A DNA stretch of 64,000 nucleotides, from NCBI GenBank assembly GCA_963726455.1, contig CAVSCK010000004.1, positions 1,536,001-1,600,000 of the forward strand, read 5' to 3'. The translations under genes and the position numbers were made by a program. Under the pieces are notes generated by a model, which was not told the origin of the DNA, ran no database searches, and saw only the letters and a list, made by a program, of their open reading frames with translations. Of this stretch, positions 40,880 through 51,785 are shown one piece after another. Origin of the DNA: an uncultured bacterium (lineage in GTDB: Bacteria; Zixibacteria; MSB-5A5; CAIYYT01). Position 1 is the stretch's first letter, and the number at the start of each line of letters is the position of its first letter.

Positions 40880-41650
40880 TCAGTAATTCAGCGCAAATTC
40901 CAGCAACTTGTCAGGCGCCAGCTTACTCACCGCCACACATTCCGCCTCATCGCACGTCCAGATTACATAATGGTAGTATGGACACGAACCGGTATAGTAC
41001 GCCTCGCCCTCATGGTTGACCTTCTTAAACGGCTTCTTGTCAATCGTTCCCTGCGGCAGCACAAAGACCGACACATCTTCTCCGTAAGCCGTGTAATCCA
41101 GGTGGGCTTTGTCGCCACTGGACAGGTGGACAACGCCGGCAGCATGGATGCCGATATCCGGAGTCGACGGTTTGAACAATTCATCCGGGATATCCGGAAT
41201 CGTCGCCATGCTCGCCTTGACCACGTTGGGGTCAGTCGATTGCACATCGAAATTGATCAGATTCTGCAAGCATTTGGTATGTTCATCAGCGAGCGGCTGC
41301 ACCGCAAGCAACACCGCCTGCGGATCGGAATTCTTGCCCCAGGGCACGAATATGACGAAGGCGATGATCACCGCCGCCACGAGCGGCACCAGCAGATACA
41401 TAATGTTGCGGGGTTGGGCCGCGGAGTCGATCTTATCGATTTGCTGGCGAATCCGGTCCTTTAGCTGAGTGACGTCCGGATTGCACGCGATTTTCTTCCG
41501 CACGAACGTATTGAACTCTTCCTCGAGCTCATATTTCTTCAGGCAGTCGGAACAATGCTCCAGATGCCGTTCCAGCCCCTTCTGATCGTCCTCGTTCAAT
41601 TCCTTGTCGAGGTAATCATATAACTTGGCGAGTGCTTCACGACAGTTCAC
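40880..41650 (-). CDS. zf-HC2 anti-sigma factor with TM helix and extracytoplasmic domain
   Basis: [19 protein letters not shown]; TM helix; overlaps the sigma factor stop. Confidence 0.88.
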   Translation of the reverse strand: MNCREALAKLYDYLDKELNEDDQKGLERHLEHCSDCLKKYELEEEFNTFVRKKIACNPDVTQLKDRIRQQIDKIDSAAQPRNIMYLLVPLVAAVIIAFVIFVPWGKNSDPQAVLLAVQPLADEHTKCLQNLINFDVQSTDPNVVKASMATIPDIPDELFKPSTPDIGIHAAGVVHLSSGDKAHLDYTAYGEDVSVFVLPQGTIDKKPFKKVNHEGEAYYTGSCPYYHYVIWTCDEAECVAVSKLAPDKLLEFALNY

Positions 41651-42237
41651 GATTCAGCCGACTCCTTGGATTTGTCGTCGCTACCGTGTGCGTATTCCCA
41701 CAATAACTTCTGCAGGATCTTGCGTCCGCGATGGAGACGGGATTTTACAGTACCAACCTGGATGCCGAGAACATCGGCGATCTCTTGATATGCGAACCCC
41801 TCATAAAATGCCAGAACTACGACGACCCGGAATTCTTCCGGCAGCTTCTCGATTGCCTCTTCCACGTCCTTGTCAAGGATCTTGTTGAAAAAGTCCTTTT
41901 CCGGATCACCGGTATTGGCGGCAGGACCAGTCAACTGAGAGTGCAGGAAATTATCGTCGACATCATCGAACGACACCGAAATCGACTCTTTTTGTTTGGA
42001 TCGATAGGAATTGATGAACGTGTTGGTCATAATCTTGAACAGCCACGCCTTGGCGTTCGTGCCCGCTTCGAAACGGTCAAAGCTCTTGTATGCCTTTAAC
42101 AAGGTCTCCTGAACTAAATCCTCGGCATCTGATGAATTCTTGGTCATCCGCAATGCCGTTCGAAACAGCGCGTCGGTGTGAACCAACGCCTCTGACTCGA
42201 ACAAACTCCTCGCGCTCTTCGTCTTTTTCCCGAACAT
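41647..42237 (-). CDS. ECF RNA polymerase sigma factor (SigH/SigR-like)
   Basis: [44 protein letters not shown]. Confidence 0.92.
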   Translation of the reverse strand: MFGKKTKSARSLFESEALVHTDALFRTALRMTKNSSDAEDLVQETLLKAYKSFDRFEAGTNAKAWLFKIMTNTFINSYRSKQKESISVSFDDVDDNFLHSQLTGPAANTGDPEKDFFNKILDKDVEEAIEKLPEEFRVVVVLAFYEGFAYQEIADVLGIQVGTVKSRLHRGRKILQKLLWEYAHGSDDKSKESAES

Positions 42238-42277
42238 AGTCCGATAACTAATAGACGGAGAACCATTTGTCAATAAG

Positions 42278-42303
42278 AACAACTTTTTGAGGAGAAAGGT
42301 TCC
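42278..42303 (-). promoter_or_regulatory. Putative autoregulatory ECF promoter GGAAC-N18-GTT
   Basis: Matches the SigR/SigH-type consensus GGAAY-N18-GTT, 40 nt upstream of the sigma gene. Confidence 0.55.
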
Positions 42304-42513
42304 CGCAAGAGTGCGTACAGCATTGTTCCGTGCTGATTGGGGCTGCTGCAGCCAGATTTGAAGATCTTAGGACTTGAGTTTCCCTGGGTATTCTGTTGGG
42401 GCAGATTTCCCCGTTGAGTCGATAAGCTGGTCGAAACTAGTTGAAATTGTCATGCGAGAAGTGATGCCGGCGCAGTGTTGATGCGCCGGCTCAAAGCATC
42501 TTGAGGTGGGAAA

Positions 42514-43710
42514 CTAAGTTGTCGAAGTGGGCACCGACTGACGGATATGTCCCTTCGGCACGAATACGCGCACGTCTTCGGGAATGTCGCGCCGCTCATC
42601 ATAATTGCGCAAACGCGCCCGCATAGACAGGTTGACTTCCTGATCTTTCGCAGCCACGAGAATTCCGGTCCGCGTGCGAATGTCTTCCGCGAGCACCATC
42701 GAGTTATTGAGGTCGCGCACCTTGACGACGCGCGTTTCCATTTCGACGGCAACAGGTTGGACATCCTTCAAAACCTCAACAATAAGCGGGTTGTATTCAC
42801 TTTCGCGGCGATGCATCTCCCCGGTTGCCTGCGTTGGGTTATCACCACGACATATGAGGGTGTCGAAATCGAGGGCGACCCGCAGAATCTGTGCTCCCAG
42901 CACACCGGGATCTGCAGGAAGTTCTCCGGACGGATCGTCAGTTTTCGGGAAATCCTTGAATGCCTTCAGTTGGCCCGAGATTGTGGCAGTTACGGCGCCC
43001 AGACGGGGAATACGCGCCAACAATTGGGTGCCCAAATCGGGATGGGCATTGTACATCTTCTTTTCGTCGGCCGTAAGCTCATCCCCGGAGAATACTTTCG
43101 CCAGCGTGTCAGCCGGAATAGAAACGCAGCCGATTTGGGACAGCAGCGCCGCCAACTCCAGGCGCCAGACTTTCTCAACTTTCAACAGTCCTGCGATCTG
43201 GCTGCAATAGTTTTTCAGGCGCGATGCGCGACTGAAAGCCATCGGGTTGGTGAGAGCCAAAATGTCCACCAGCACTTGCACACTGCCGTAAAGCGTCTTT
43301 TCCAACAATTCCTTTTCGGCGGTCTTGTGACGGTGCAATTCCAGGGCTGATTGCAAGGCCCATTCGAGCGTGTCCTTGTGGCACGGTTTTTCCAGGAAGC
43401 GAAAGATATTGCCTTCGTTAACCGCATGCATGGCGGTGCCCAAGTCGGCGTTGCCGGTCAGCATGATGCGAACCGTGTTGGGCGCGATGGCCTGTATTTT
43501 CGACAGCAACTGGATGCCGTTCATATCGGGCATGCGCATGTCCGCGACGACAACTGCGTACGGTCCTTCCTGTTCGACTTTATTCAGACCAGCAATACCG
43601 CCTTCAGCCGTGACAATCTGAAATTTGCCGTGAAACTGACGGGCAATTCCGGCTAGGAGGATCGGATCGTCGTCGACAAAGAGTATCTTTTCAGAATTTT
43701 GACTAACCAT
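42514..43710 (-). CDS. Response regulator with degenerate HD-type output domain
   Basis: Receiver (VDDD, DMRMP, KP); LAALLSQIG replaces the HD motif. Confidence 0.85.
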   Translation of the reverse strand: MVSQNSEKILFVDDDPILLAGIARQFHGKFQIVTAEGGIAGLNKVEQEGPYAVVVADMRMPDMNGIQLLSKIQAIAPNTVRIMLTGNADLGTAMHAVNEGNIFRFLEKPCHKDTLEWALQSALELHRHKTAEKELLEKTLYGSVQVLVDILALTNPMAFSRASRLKNYCSQIAGLLKVEKVWRLELAALLSQIGCVSIPADTLAKVFSGDELTADEKKMYNAHPDLGTQLLARIPRLGAVTATISGQLKAFKDFPKTDDPSGELPADPGVLGAQILRVALDFDTLICRGDNPTQATGEMHRRESEYNPLIVEVLKDVQPVAVEMETRVVKVRDLNNSMVLAEDIRTRTGILVAAKDQEVNLSMRARLRNYDERRDIPEDVRVFVPKGHIRQSVPTSTT

Positions 43711-43733
43711 ATCTATTCTCCGCTCAAGCTTAT

Positions 43734-44921
43734 TTACTCTATCATACTGACTTCGCGCAACCGATCAAGACGCTCGGCAAGTTGTAGACGCGTGATATAA
43801 TCCATGTCCAGAAAATCACTCAGATTTGCTCCGGCGCCGGCATTAACGAATGCATTTGCCAGATGGACGGCGGTCAGAACACTGGGCACCATGCTGACGT
43901 TTGCGGCGGGGTTGTGGTGAAACGCCACGGCCTCAACTATCGAATCGGGCAGGCCCCAGATCGAAAGCAGGTGCGCTCCCAAATCGGCATGGCTGACTCC
44001 GGTAATTTGTTTCTCGGCCTCGTGAACTTTGATGTTCAACTGTTTGGACAGTTCCTGTGCCGATTTCATTTCTTTGCGAAAATGAGTGAGCGAAATCAAC
44101 TGACCGATATCATGCATCATTCCGGCCATCAGGGCGTCCTCGCACAGCCGCAGGTCCAATCCCAGTTCCTTGGCTGCCCGCTTGGCGGCAGCACCTACGG
44201 CCAGACTGTGGAAATAGATTGAGTCTACGGAAATACCGCCGAGCGGATTGGTGCTTGATTGCGAGAATATTCCGACCGTGAGCACCAGCGCGCGCACCGT
44301 TTCCAATCCAAGAAGGTTGACGGCCCGCAGGGGGCTCTCCACGCGAGTTGGCAGGCCGAAGAATGCCGAGTTAACAACTTGCAGAATCTTTGCCGTCATG
44401 GCAATGTCCTGGGCAATAATGTCGGCGACGGCCTTTACCGAACCCTCTTCCGACTGCAATTCGGCGACTAGCTTGTTATAGATCGCCGGCGGTGTCGGCA
44501 AAGTCTGGATTTCGGTTAACCGTGCATGCAGAGTCGGGTTGCTCAGCAGACTCTTGAGCGCCAGTGAACGACTGATGGCGTTTCGCAGGGCTTCAGGATC
44601 GCACGGCTTCGCAAGATACTGATGGGCGAATCCGACGGACTGCATGATCAGCTCCCGGTCGGAATGTCCCGAAAGGATAAAGCGTACGGTGCCGGGATAC
44701 TTCTTGTAGATCTCTTTCAGCAGATCGGCGCCGGTCATTCCCGACATTCTCATGTCGGAAACCACCACGTCCGGTACTTCCTTGGCCATCTGGTCGAGAG
44801 CTTCCACGCCGCTGGTGGCAAATCGTAATTCAAATTCGTTGCGGAAAGGATGCATCATGCGGCGCAGGCCGTTCAGGACGTTCTGATCATCGTCGACAAA
44901 TAGGATGCTACGAGTCGGCAT
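43734..44921 (-). CDS. Response regulator with HDOD domain
   Basis: Receiver; ILQVVNSAFFG, AGMMHDIG, HADLGAHLLSIWGLP. Confidence 0.92.
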   Translation of the reverse strand: MPTRSILFVDDDQNVLNGLRRMMHPFRNEFELRFATSGVEALDQMAKEVPDVVVSDMRMSGMTGADLLKEIYKKYPGTVRFILSGHSDRELIMQSVGFAHQYLAKPCDPEALRNAISRSLALKSLLSNPTLHARLTEIQTLPTPPAIYNKLVAELQSEEGSVKAVADIIAQDIAMTAKILQVVNSAFFGLPTRVESPLRAVNLLGLETVRALVLTVGIFSQSSTNPLGGISVDSIYFHSLAVGAAAKRAAKELGLDLRLCEDALMAGMMHDIGQLISLTHFRKEMKSAQELSKQLNIKVHEAEKQITGVSHADLGAHLLSIWGLPDSIVEAVAFHHNPAANVSMVPSVLTAVHLANAFVNAGAGANLSDFLDMDYITRLQLAERLDRLREVSMIE

Positions 44922-47900
44922 GTGCTACCTCCTGTCTGGTTATCGGCAGACGAACATAGAAGGTTGTGCCTTCACCCACCCTGCTGTCGAAAGTGATCGA
45001 GCCCTTGTGTTTCTCGATGACGATGGAGCGTGCAATTGCCAGCCCCTGGCCGGTTCCCCTGCCGACCTGCTTGGTCGTAAAGAAATGCTCGAAGATTCGA
45101 TGCCGGATACTCTCCGGGATACCGCAACCGCTATCGGAAACAGACACGATGACCGTTCCGCCGTCGCGCTTGGTTCTGACAGTGATGGTTCCCCTACCCT
45201 GTGAACCGTCACCGACCTTGTCCTGGATGGCATGGGCGGCATTGATCAGCAGATTGAGGAACACCTGATTGAGATCATTGCGGAAACATTCGATCTGCGG
45301 GAGGTCGACATCCAGTTCCTTGACCACATCCGCCACGTACTTGAGCTCATTTCGTGCGATAGTAACGGTGGTGTCCAGCATCTGGTTGACGTCGGCCAGG
45401 ACCATTTCGCGTTCATCACTGTGCGAGAAGTCTTTCATGGCACGCACGATGGTTGATACTCTGCGGACACCCTCCAGACTTTGTTCGACCGCCTGCGGAA
45501 TCTCCGATTTCAAATAGCTGACGTCGGTGCGCTCTTCTATACTTTTCAACTGAGCCATCTCGTCGCGTTCACCCACTTCGGAAGATATTTTCTCGCGGCA
45601 TTCGCGGTAATGGTCGAGCAAATCAATTATACTGGTGAAAGAATCGGCGAGGAAGCGAATGTTGTCGCCGACGAATTGAATCGGAGTATTGATCTCGTGC
45701 GCAATTCCCGCCGCCAGCGAGCCCACGGCCTCGAGCTTCTGGGCTTGCCGAAGTTGGGATTCGAGTTCCAATTGCTGCGTAATGTCGCGGAGGTGGCAGG
45801 CAACGCCGGTGCCGACAGCCCAGACATGAATGCTGAGGACTGTTTTCGAGTCGCCCCTGACGAAATGCAGGTGTTCGATAATGACCGGCTTGCCGCGTTC
45901 ATGAACTCGCAGGAACAAGTCATGCAGATCGTAGTCCTGAACGCCCTCCATCAGGTGGCGGACATTTCGTCCCACGACATCGGGGCGTTCTTTGCCAAGT
46001 ATTATCAGTGCGGCCGGGTTGGCTTCCGAGCACAAGAATTCGTCTACGTCGCCGTCCTGTGTCATCCGCGCATCCCACAGCGTAAGTCCATCGACCATGC
46101 CGTCGATACTCAAACGTAAGCGTTCATCAGCCCAGCGGGCACGGATTTCCAGTTCGCGTTCTTCAGTGACGTCACGGATGAATAGCACGTAATTTGCAAC
46201 TTCGCCGAAGGAGGAACCGATCGGCGAGATGGTCTGATCCATCACGCGGAACAGGCCGTCCTCGCCTTTGTAGGCGACCGTGTCAGTGCAGGATTCGCCC
46301 TGTTTCAGGCGATCCCAGGGAATTGAATAGAGCTTGTTGGCGTAGATTCGCCGCACCAAAGCCTCGAAATAACGGCCAACCGCTTGGTCGGCGGCCACAC
46401 CGGTAATGGTCGCGAAAGCTCGATTCACGTAAACGATGGTTCCGGCGGCATCCAGCACAACAATGGCTTCCGGGGCGCCGTCGATGACCGACATGAATTT
46501 GGACCGCTCCTCGGCGATGCGATTGCGCTCCGTCATGTCACGGAAGACTCCAAACAGGCCGGTAAAGTGTCCATCATCGTCATATTGCGGAGTCGCAGTT
46601 AAGAGAATATCGCGAAGCTCGTCATCGGTACGTCTGATCCGCAGTTCGCAGGTACGAGGCGAATCCGGCGGGCCATCCAGAATTTCGCGCTTGAACGCTT
46701 CAAACTTGGGACCGTCGAAATATTCCAAGACGGACTTGCCCACCAGTTGACCAGTATCGGCGCCGAAAATCCGCTCAGCAGCAGGATTGGCGAACGTGAA
46801 GCGATCGCCGATGCCGATAGTAGCGGCGCCTTCGCCCTGGCTTTGTATCAGCGTGCGATATCGCTTTTCGCTTTCCCGTAAAGCAACCTCGACTTGCTTG
46901 CGCTCATTGATGTCGATAAGTGTCGCGGCAATACCGGCGACTCTGCCCTCAGGGTCACGGTAGGCCGCTTTGTAATATATGACTTCGCGGTCAGTGCCGT
47001 CCAGGAACTGCAGGCGCGTTTCGTAAAATCGTTTTCCGCCTTCGGCAAGCAACTCCCTGTCGGCCTGCTGAAGTTTCTCCGCTGTGTCTTTGTTCAGCAG
47101 GTCGTAAACCGACTTGCCGACTACCTCGGACTTATCCTTGCCGACAAAGGCCTCAAACGACTTGTTGCAGCCGGTATACCGAAGATTGATGTCCTTGATA
47201 TAGACCGGCGTTGGGATGGTATCTATTACGGTCTGGAGAAACTCCAGTTGTTGACGGACGCGATTGTCGGCGTTCTTGCGATCGGTGATATCGTGAACAT
47301 ATTCTACCACGCCGACGGCTTTTCCGGTGTCACCTATGAGTGGATGCGCGTACAGTTCCAAGCAGCGGTGCTCGCCGGAAGGTGATACATACGGAACTTC
47401 ATGTGTACACGGGGACAAGGTCTCCATCGCCTGAAGCGCCGGACATTCGGCACAGAACTGATCGGTGCCGTGATAGACTTCGTAACACTGTCTGCCGACC
47501 AGCGGCATACGGTGGGAATACCATTGCTCCATGGTCTTGTTGGTGCGAATGATCTTCAGATCGCGGCCTGCAACGCTGATGCCGTCCTGGATGCCGTCCA
47601 TTACTTCCCGCAAGAAATTTTCACTTTCGCGAACGGCGGATTCCGCACGTTCGCGTTCGGCAATCTCATGTTCCAGTTGCTGTTTGTGATCCACTGACTC
47701 CATGACCAGACGCGCCAGTTTCCCGAACTCGTCGAACTTCCGCGCCAGCGAAACAAGAATCTGCGGCCGGTTGGTGGCAAGACTTTCGGATATCAGGGAG
47801 AGCGGACGCCTGACGAGTCGATAGAGCGAAACGGCCAACATTGCCAGAACGGTCAGGAGGAACAACGCTACAATCTCTGCCTGTCTACGCAGTACGGTCT

Positions 47901-48651
47901 CCATGGTGTGGGATTCCGATATCGCATACTTGGAGTCCAAACAAGCTACCGGCTCTCCGTGCAGTCCGTTCAAGGTACTATGAATTGGGACTGCTGTGTC
48001 CGTTCTGTTAGTGAGTGAATCCTGTACAGCAGCCATTCCGACAGTGTCGATGCCGAGAGTCGATCCGGTATAACGAGCGAGACGTTCGAGGTAGGTGGGC
48101 GACCAAAGCCGTCCGACGAAAAGGTAACCTTTGGCCGGCGTCAACCTGAGAGTATCGATTGTCGGCTGAATGGGCGCCTGACGCACCTCGATGATGCCCC
48201 ACCTGGAATTCACGAAAAAGTAGCGGAAACGTGGGCCATTGATTATAAAGCTGCGATCAGCCGATGATACCGGCACAACCGACCTACTGCTATCACCGAA
48301 AGTATTTACGGAATAGACAAGTCGAGTGCTATCGTCATAAACCCAGGCAGCATCGGCGGAAAAACTGCGTAAGGAGGCATCGATATTGACTTGCGCCCAC
48401 TGGAGATCGACGGTTTTGACGAATTGTACCATTTCGTCCCAGCGGCTATAGTCATCGGCGAACGAATTCAGAGATATGCTGCTGAGGTCGACGACGCGGC
48501 TGACGAGTTCCACACGTTCGTCCTTCTCGAATGCCAGATTCCGATCCAGCAATCGATTCTGGTTGCTGAAGGACCAGAGCAGGACTGCGCCAAAAATCGC
48601 CGCAGTCAGAATCAGAATTGCCAGAAGCTTGGTACTAGTCGATGTCAGCAC
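44908..48651 (-). CDS. CHASE4 / multi-PAS sensor histidine kinase
   Basis: DYSRWDE periplasmic CHASE4 motif, several PAS/PAC domains, IAHEINTP, GTGQGL. Confidence 0.92.
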   Translation of the reverse strand: MLTSTSTKLLAILILTAAIFGAVLLWSFSNQNRLLDRNLAFEKDERVELVSRVVDLSSISLNSFADDYSRWDEMVQFVKTVDLQWAQVNIDASLRSFSADAAWVYDDSTRLVYSVNTFGDSSRSVVPVSSADRSFIINGPRFRYFFVNSRWGIIEVRQAPIQPTIDTLRLTPAKGYLFVGRLWSPTYLERLARYTGSTLGIDTVGMAAVQDSLTNRTDTAVPIHSTLNGLHGEPVACLDSKYAISESHTMETVLRRQAEIVALFLLTVLAMLAVSLYRLVRRPLSLISESLATNRPQILVSLARKFDEFGKLARLVMESVDHKQQLEHEIAERERAESAVRESENFLREVMDGIQDGISVAGRDLKIIRTNKTMEQWYSHRMPLVGRQCYEVYHGTDQFCAECPALQAMETLSPCTHEVPYVSPSGEHRCLELYAHPLIGDTGKAVGVVEYVHDITDRKNADNRVRQQLEFLQTVIDTIPTPVYIKDINLRYTGCNKSFEAFVGKDKSEVVGKSVYDLLNKDTAEKLQQADRELLAEGGKRFYETRLQFLDGTDREVIYYKAAYRDPEGRVAGIAATLIDINERKQVEVALRESEKRYRTLIQSQGEGAATIGIGDRFTFANPAAERIFGADTGQLVGKSVLEYFDGPKFEAFKREILDGPPDSPRTCELRIRRTDDELRDILLTATPQYDDDGHFTGLFGVFRDMTERNRIAEERSKFMSVIDGAPEAIVVLDAAGTIVYVNRAFATITGVAADQAVGRYFEALVRRIYANKLYSIPWDRLKQGESCTDTVAYKGEDGLFRVMDQTISPIGSSFGEVANYVLFIRDVTEERELEIRARWADERLRLSIDGMVDGLTLWDARMTQDGDVDEFLCSEANPAALIILGKERPDVVGRNVRHLMEGVQDYDLHDLFLRVHERGKPVIIEHLHFVRGDSKTVLSIHVWAVGTGVACHLRDITQQLELESQLRQAQKLEAVGSLAAGIAHEINTPIQFVGDNIRFLADSFTSIIDLLDHYRECREKISSEVGERDEMAQLKSIEERTDVSYLKSEIPQAVEQSLEGVRRVSTIVRAMKDFSHSDEREMVLADVNQMLDTTVTIARNELKYVADVVKELDVDLPQIECFRNDLNQVFLNLLINAAHAIQDKVGDGSQGRGTITVRTKRDGGTVIVSVSDSGCGIPESIRHRIFEHFFTTKQVGRGTGQGLAIARSIVIEKHKGSITFDSRVGEGTTFYVRLPITRQEVAHADS

Positions 48652-48690
48652 TTCGGCACCTCACCGTAACCCGGGGTCATTAGTGATCGT

Positions 48691-50055
48691 CTATTCCTTG
48701 GTAATGTTGTACTTCTTGACCTTACGCCAGAGCGTGGTTCGCCCGATTCCCAGTTTGCCGGCTGTTATGGAATAGTTCCACTTGTTATCCTTCAAACTGC
48801 GAAGGATGTGATCCCTCTGCATGTCGACCAAGGAGACGTTGCCGGAAACACCGTCGCGCCGGTCAACATCCAGCAATTCGGATTTGGACAGCGGCTTCAT
48901 CAGGAACAGATTGTCCACGTCGATCAGATCGAGGTTCGACAAAGCGACCGCGCGTTTGATCGTGTTTTCCAGTTCGCGGACATTCCCGGGCCAATCATGC
49001 CGGATCAGGCGATCACAAGCGGCATCGCTCAGGCGCTTCACCGGTTTGTTGAAATGCTGGCAGTACTTATGCAGGAAATGATTTGCCAGTGGGATGATAT
49101 CGTCACGCCGCTCGGCGAGAGACGGCAAGTGAATCGAAATGACGTTGAGACGGTAATACAGGTCTTCGCGGAATGTGCCCTGCGCCACCAGGGATTCGAG
49201 ACTTTTGTTGGTGGCGGCAATTACGCGCACGTTGGTTTTGCAGGTTTGGTTCGAGCCGACCGGCCGGATTTCCTCTTCCTGCAGAACGCGCAACAGCTTG
49301 GCCTGAAGGGACGGCGAGGTATCACCGACTTCATCGAGGAAGACGGTGCCACCGTTCGCTTCTTCAAACAGACCCTTCTTATTGGAGGTCGCCGAAGTGA
49401 ATGCACCTTTGACATGGCCGAAAAGCTCGGATTCCAGAAGTAAGTCAGGCATGGCGGAGCAATTTATGGCAACGAATTTACCGTCACGGCGGGCGGAGTT
49501 GTTGTGAATCGCTTTGGCGAACAGCTCCTTACCGGTGCCGGATTCGCCACTGACCAGAACGTTGATTTCCTGCGGAGCTATCTGTTTGACAACGTCGATT
49601 ATCTTGCGCACGGCTTCGGAACTCCCGACGATGTTGTCGAAGTTGTAGGAATCGGCAAATGCCTTGCGCAGATGCTTCAGCTCGTTTTTTAGTTTCTTAT
49701 GGTTGAGCACCTTCTCGGCAACCATCATCAACTCGGCATCCTCGAAGGGCTTGGTCAGATAATCGGATGCGCCACGCTTTATCGCCTGCACGGCGGTGTC
49801 GATTGAACCATAGCCGGTGACCATGATCACTTCGGTTTCCGGCATGACGGTCTTAACGGTGTCGATAATGTCAAGTCCGGAGTCATCGGAGACACGCAGA
49901 TCGGTAATGACAAGGTCGAAGATTCGGTGCTCCAGGATCGCTTTGGCGGCTGTGGCGGTATGGACAACGTCGACGGCGTTGCCGTTACGCTCGAGCAGCA
50001 CTTTGAGAGCGGCAGCCAGGTTCTGATCATCATCGACGACTAGAATGGAGGACAT
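48691..50055 (-). CDS. Sigma54-dependent response regulator (AtoC/ZraR-like)
   Basis: Receiver, [25 protein letters not shown]. Confidence 0.93.
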   Translation of the reverse strand: MSSILVVDDDQNLAAALKVLLERNGNAVDVVHTATAAKAILEHRIFDLVITDLRVSDDSGLDIIDTVKTVMPETEVIMVTGYGSIDTAVQAIKRGASDYLTKPFEDAELMMVAEKVLNHKKLKNELKHLRKAFADSYNFDNIVGSSEAVRKIIDVVKQIAPQEINVLVSGESGTGKELFAKAIHNNSARRDGKFVAINCSAMPDLLLESELFGHVKGAFTSATSNKKGLFEEANGGTVFLDEVGDTSPSLQAKLLRVLQEEEIRPVGSNQTCKTNVRVIAATNKSLESLVAQGTFREDLYYRLNVISIHLPSLAERRDDIIPLANHFLHKYCQHFNKPVKRLSDAACDRLIRHDWPGNVRELENTIKRAVALSNLDLIDVDNLFLMKPLSKSELLDVDRRDGVSGNVSLVDMQRDHILRSLKDNKWNYSITAGKLGIGRTTLWRKVKKYNITKE

Positions 50056-51197
50056 TGCGATTCCCTTTCTATATTCTGATTTTTTTGTTCATCGCGAATC
50101 AAGGGTAAGGATATCGTCACAATCGTGTGGCCGTGCGAGGATACCGCGCGCATCGTACCGCCAAGGTAGCCGACGTAGCGGCGGGCAATTGTCAATCCCA
50201 GTCCGGCATGGCCGCTCTTGGTAGTTTGGAACGGCTGCACGAAAGTGCTATCGAAGTCGTTTTCTGCTATTTCACCAGTGTTCTTGATCAGGATCGTCGC
50301 GCGACTATCGGCCACGCACCAGCGCAATGAGACCTGCCCGTTGCCGGACGCTTCATGCGCATTTCTGAGTACTTCAAAGACTGATCGGTTAAGAAGCTTC
50401 AGATCGGCGGTAATGCGTTGCTCATCAATTTCCGGAACGTAGACGGTGTGACAGGAATTCTCGCAATCGTGCTGATGCACGAGCGACTGAACCGCAGCCC
50501 CCAGCCCCAGTTCACGTAAAGTGATGCGCAACGGTTCGAAGGCCATCAAGTATCTCTTGAGTAGCTCCTCTTGCGTAATCGCCGCGGTTTCAATGATCTT
50601 GGCTAACGTATAGTCATCCGGATGCAAACTCGACAACTCGGTGGTCGCAAGCTGATTACTTGCCGACATGATTGCCGCCAGTGAATTTCGTAGTCGATGC
50701 GCAAACTTGGGGGCGTTATAGGCCGGATCACAATTGCCAGAAACCGGCTCCGACACGCGATCGGACTGGATTGTACCGTGCCGGTTGTCCAATCTATTTG
50801 TAACGGCTGTCGTCGCTTGCGGGCTGGAAGATGTCAATGTCTCCAAGTAATCGCTCAACACCACCGCCGTGGTATCGAAGATGCTTTGACGCGAGTTCTG
50901 CGAAAGATCACTGATGCTGAATCTGAGTGAAAGTACGTGAGCGCCATCTTTGAATGTCAAAGGCAGATCGATGCGCGACTCTTCGGTCTGACGATCACCT
51001 TCAGCGTCGACCTCAACGGGGACAATCTGCATCTCGATTCCGGTAACTCGGAACAAAGCTCCAAGTCGGCGATCGATTTCAACCTGAAACAGATTGTGAG
51101 TCAGCAAACCGGCCAGCGAGCTAAGAATGTCTCGCAGGGATTCCGGTATGTGATTGACTATAAGTGATTGCTTACTGCAATCGGTCGTTGTCATCAA
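50040..51197 (-). CDS. Divergent histidine kinase
   Basis: FAHRLRNSL H-box, EVLRNA, PFQTTK..AGLGL; G1 box altered (NTG). Confidence 0.7.
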   Translation of the reverse strand: MMTTTDCSKQSLIVNHIPESLRDILSSLAGLLTHNLFQVEIDRRLGALFRVTGIEMQIVPVEVDAEGDRQTEESRIDLPLTFKDGAHVLSLRFSISDLSQNSRQSIFDTTAVVLSDYLETLTSSSPQATTAVTNRLDNRHGTIQSDRVSEPVSGNCDPAYNAPKFAHRLRNSLAAIMSASNQLATTELSSLHPDDYTLAKIIETAAITQEELLKRYLMAFEPLRITLRELGLGAAVQSLVHQHDCENSCHTVYVPEIDEQRITADLKLLNRSVFEVLRNAHEASGNGQVSLRWCVADSRATILIKNTGEIAENDFDSTFVQPFQTTKSGHAGLGLTIARRYVGYLGGTMRAVSSHGHTIVTISLPLIRDEQKNQNIERESQCPPF

Positions 51198-51369
51198 AGC
51201 CCAAACGTCCCTGTTTTCAAGTCAGGTTTAGAATTGAAAAGCTTTCTGCTATTTTCCATATCGGAACACCTGCGGAATTATTGAGCGTTCCGAAGAAAAA
51301 AAGCGCGGATTTGGTGGAATAAAGTTCCGGTCAGCGTTGGGGCGCCGATCAAGTCAATTCTGGCCTGCT

Positions 51370-51391
51370 GTAGGAGCGGCTTTAGCCGCGA
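51370..51391 (+). repeat. GTAG-family REP-like palindrome GTAGGAGCGGCTTTAGCCGCGA
   Basis: GTAG head followed by a gcggct/agccgc hairpin; intergenic. Confidence 0.55.
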
Positions 51392-51489
51392 CAATAGCTG
51401 AAACCGCGGCAACTCTGATCACTTCCGAAACAACTTACCGGGACGTCACAGGGCGCCCCATATTTCGCAGACTGGCGGTCAGAACCTGG

Positions 51490-51693
51490 CTATGGCGTGT
51501 GCAGCCAGCCGCTGGTGGTTTGCGGTTGCTCGCGGTCGGCCTGCCCTTTCCAGACTCGGGTGTTGTCGGTTCCGTGCTGGTGGATCAGATAGGCACAATC
51601 GGGCTGGCTGCAGACCCAGTTGGTGCTGCGGTCAGTCAGTAGAGGCAGCAGAATTCCCCTGCCGCATACGGGACATGTGATTGGATCTGCCAT
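51490..51693 (-). CDS. Small Zn-ribbon-like protein, 67 aa
   Basis: GAGGAG RBS; CPVC...CSQPDC. Confidence 0.55.
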   Translation of the reverse strand: MADPITCPVCGRGILLPLLTDRSTNWVCSQPDCAYLIHQHGTDNTRVWKGQADREQPQTTSGWLHTP

Positions 51694-51785
51694 TGACAAT
51701 ATCTCCTCGAAAAATTTCTTTCTTCTGCGTCTGCGTTCGGCAGCTTTGGCGGCAGCCGCCGCGGTACCCCCGCCACTGCTGGCCA

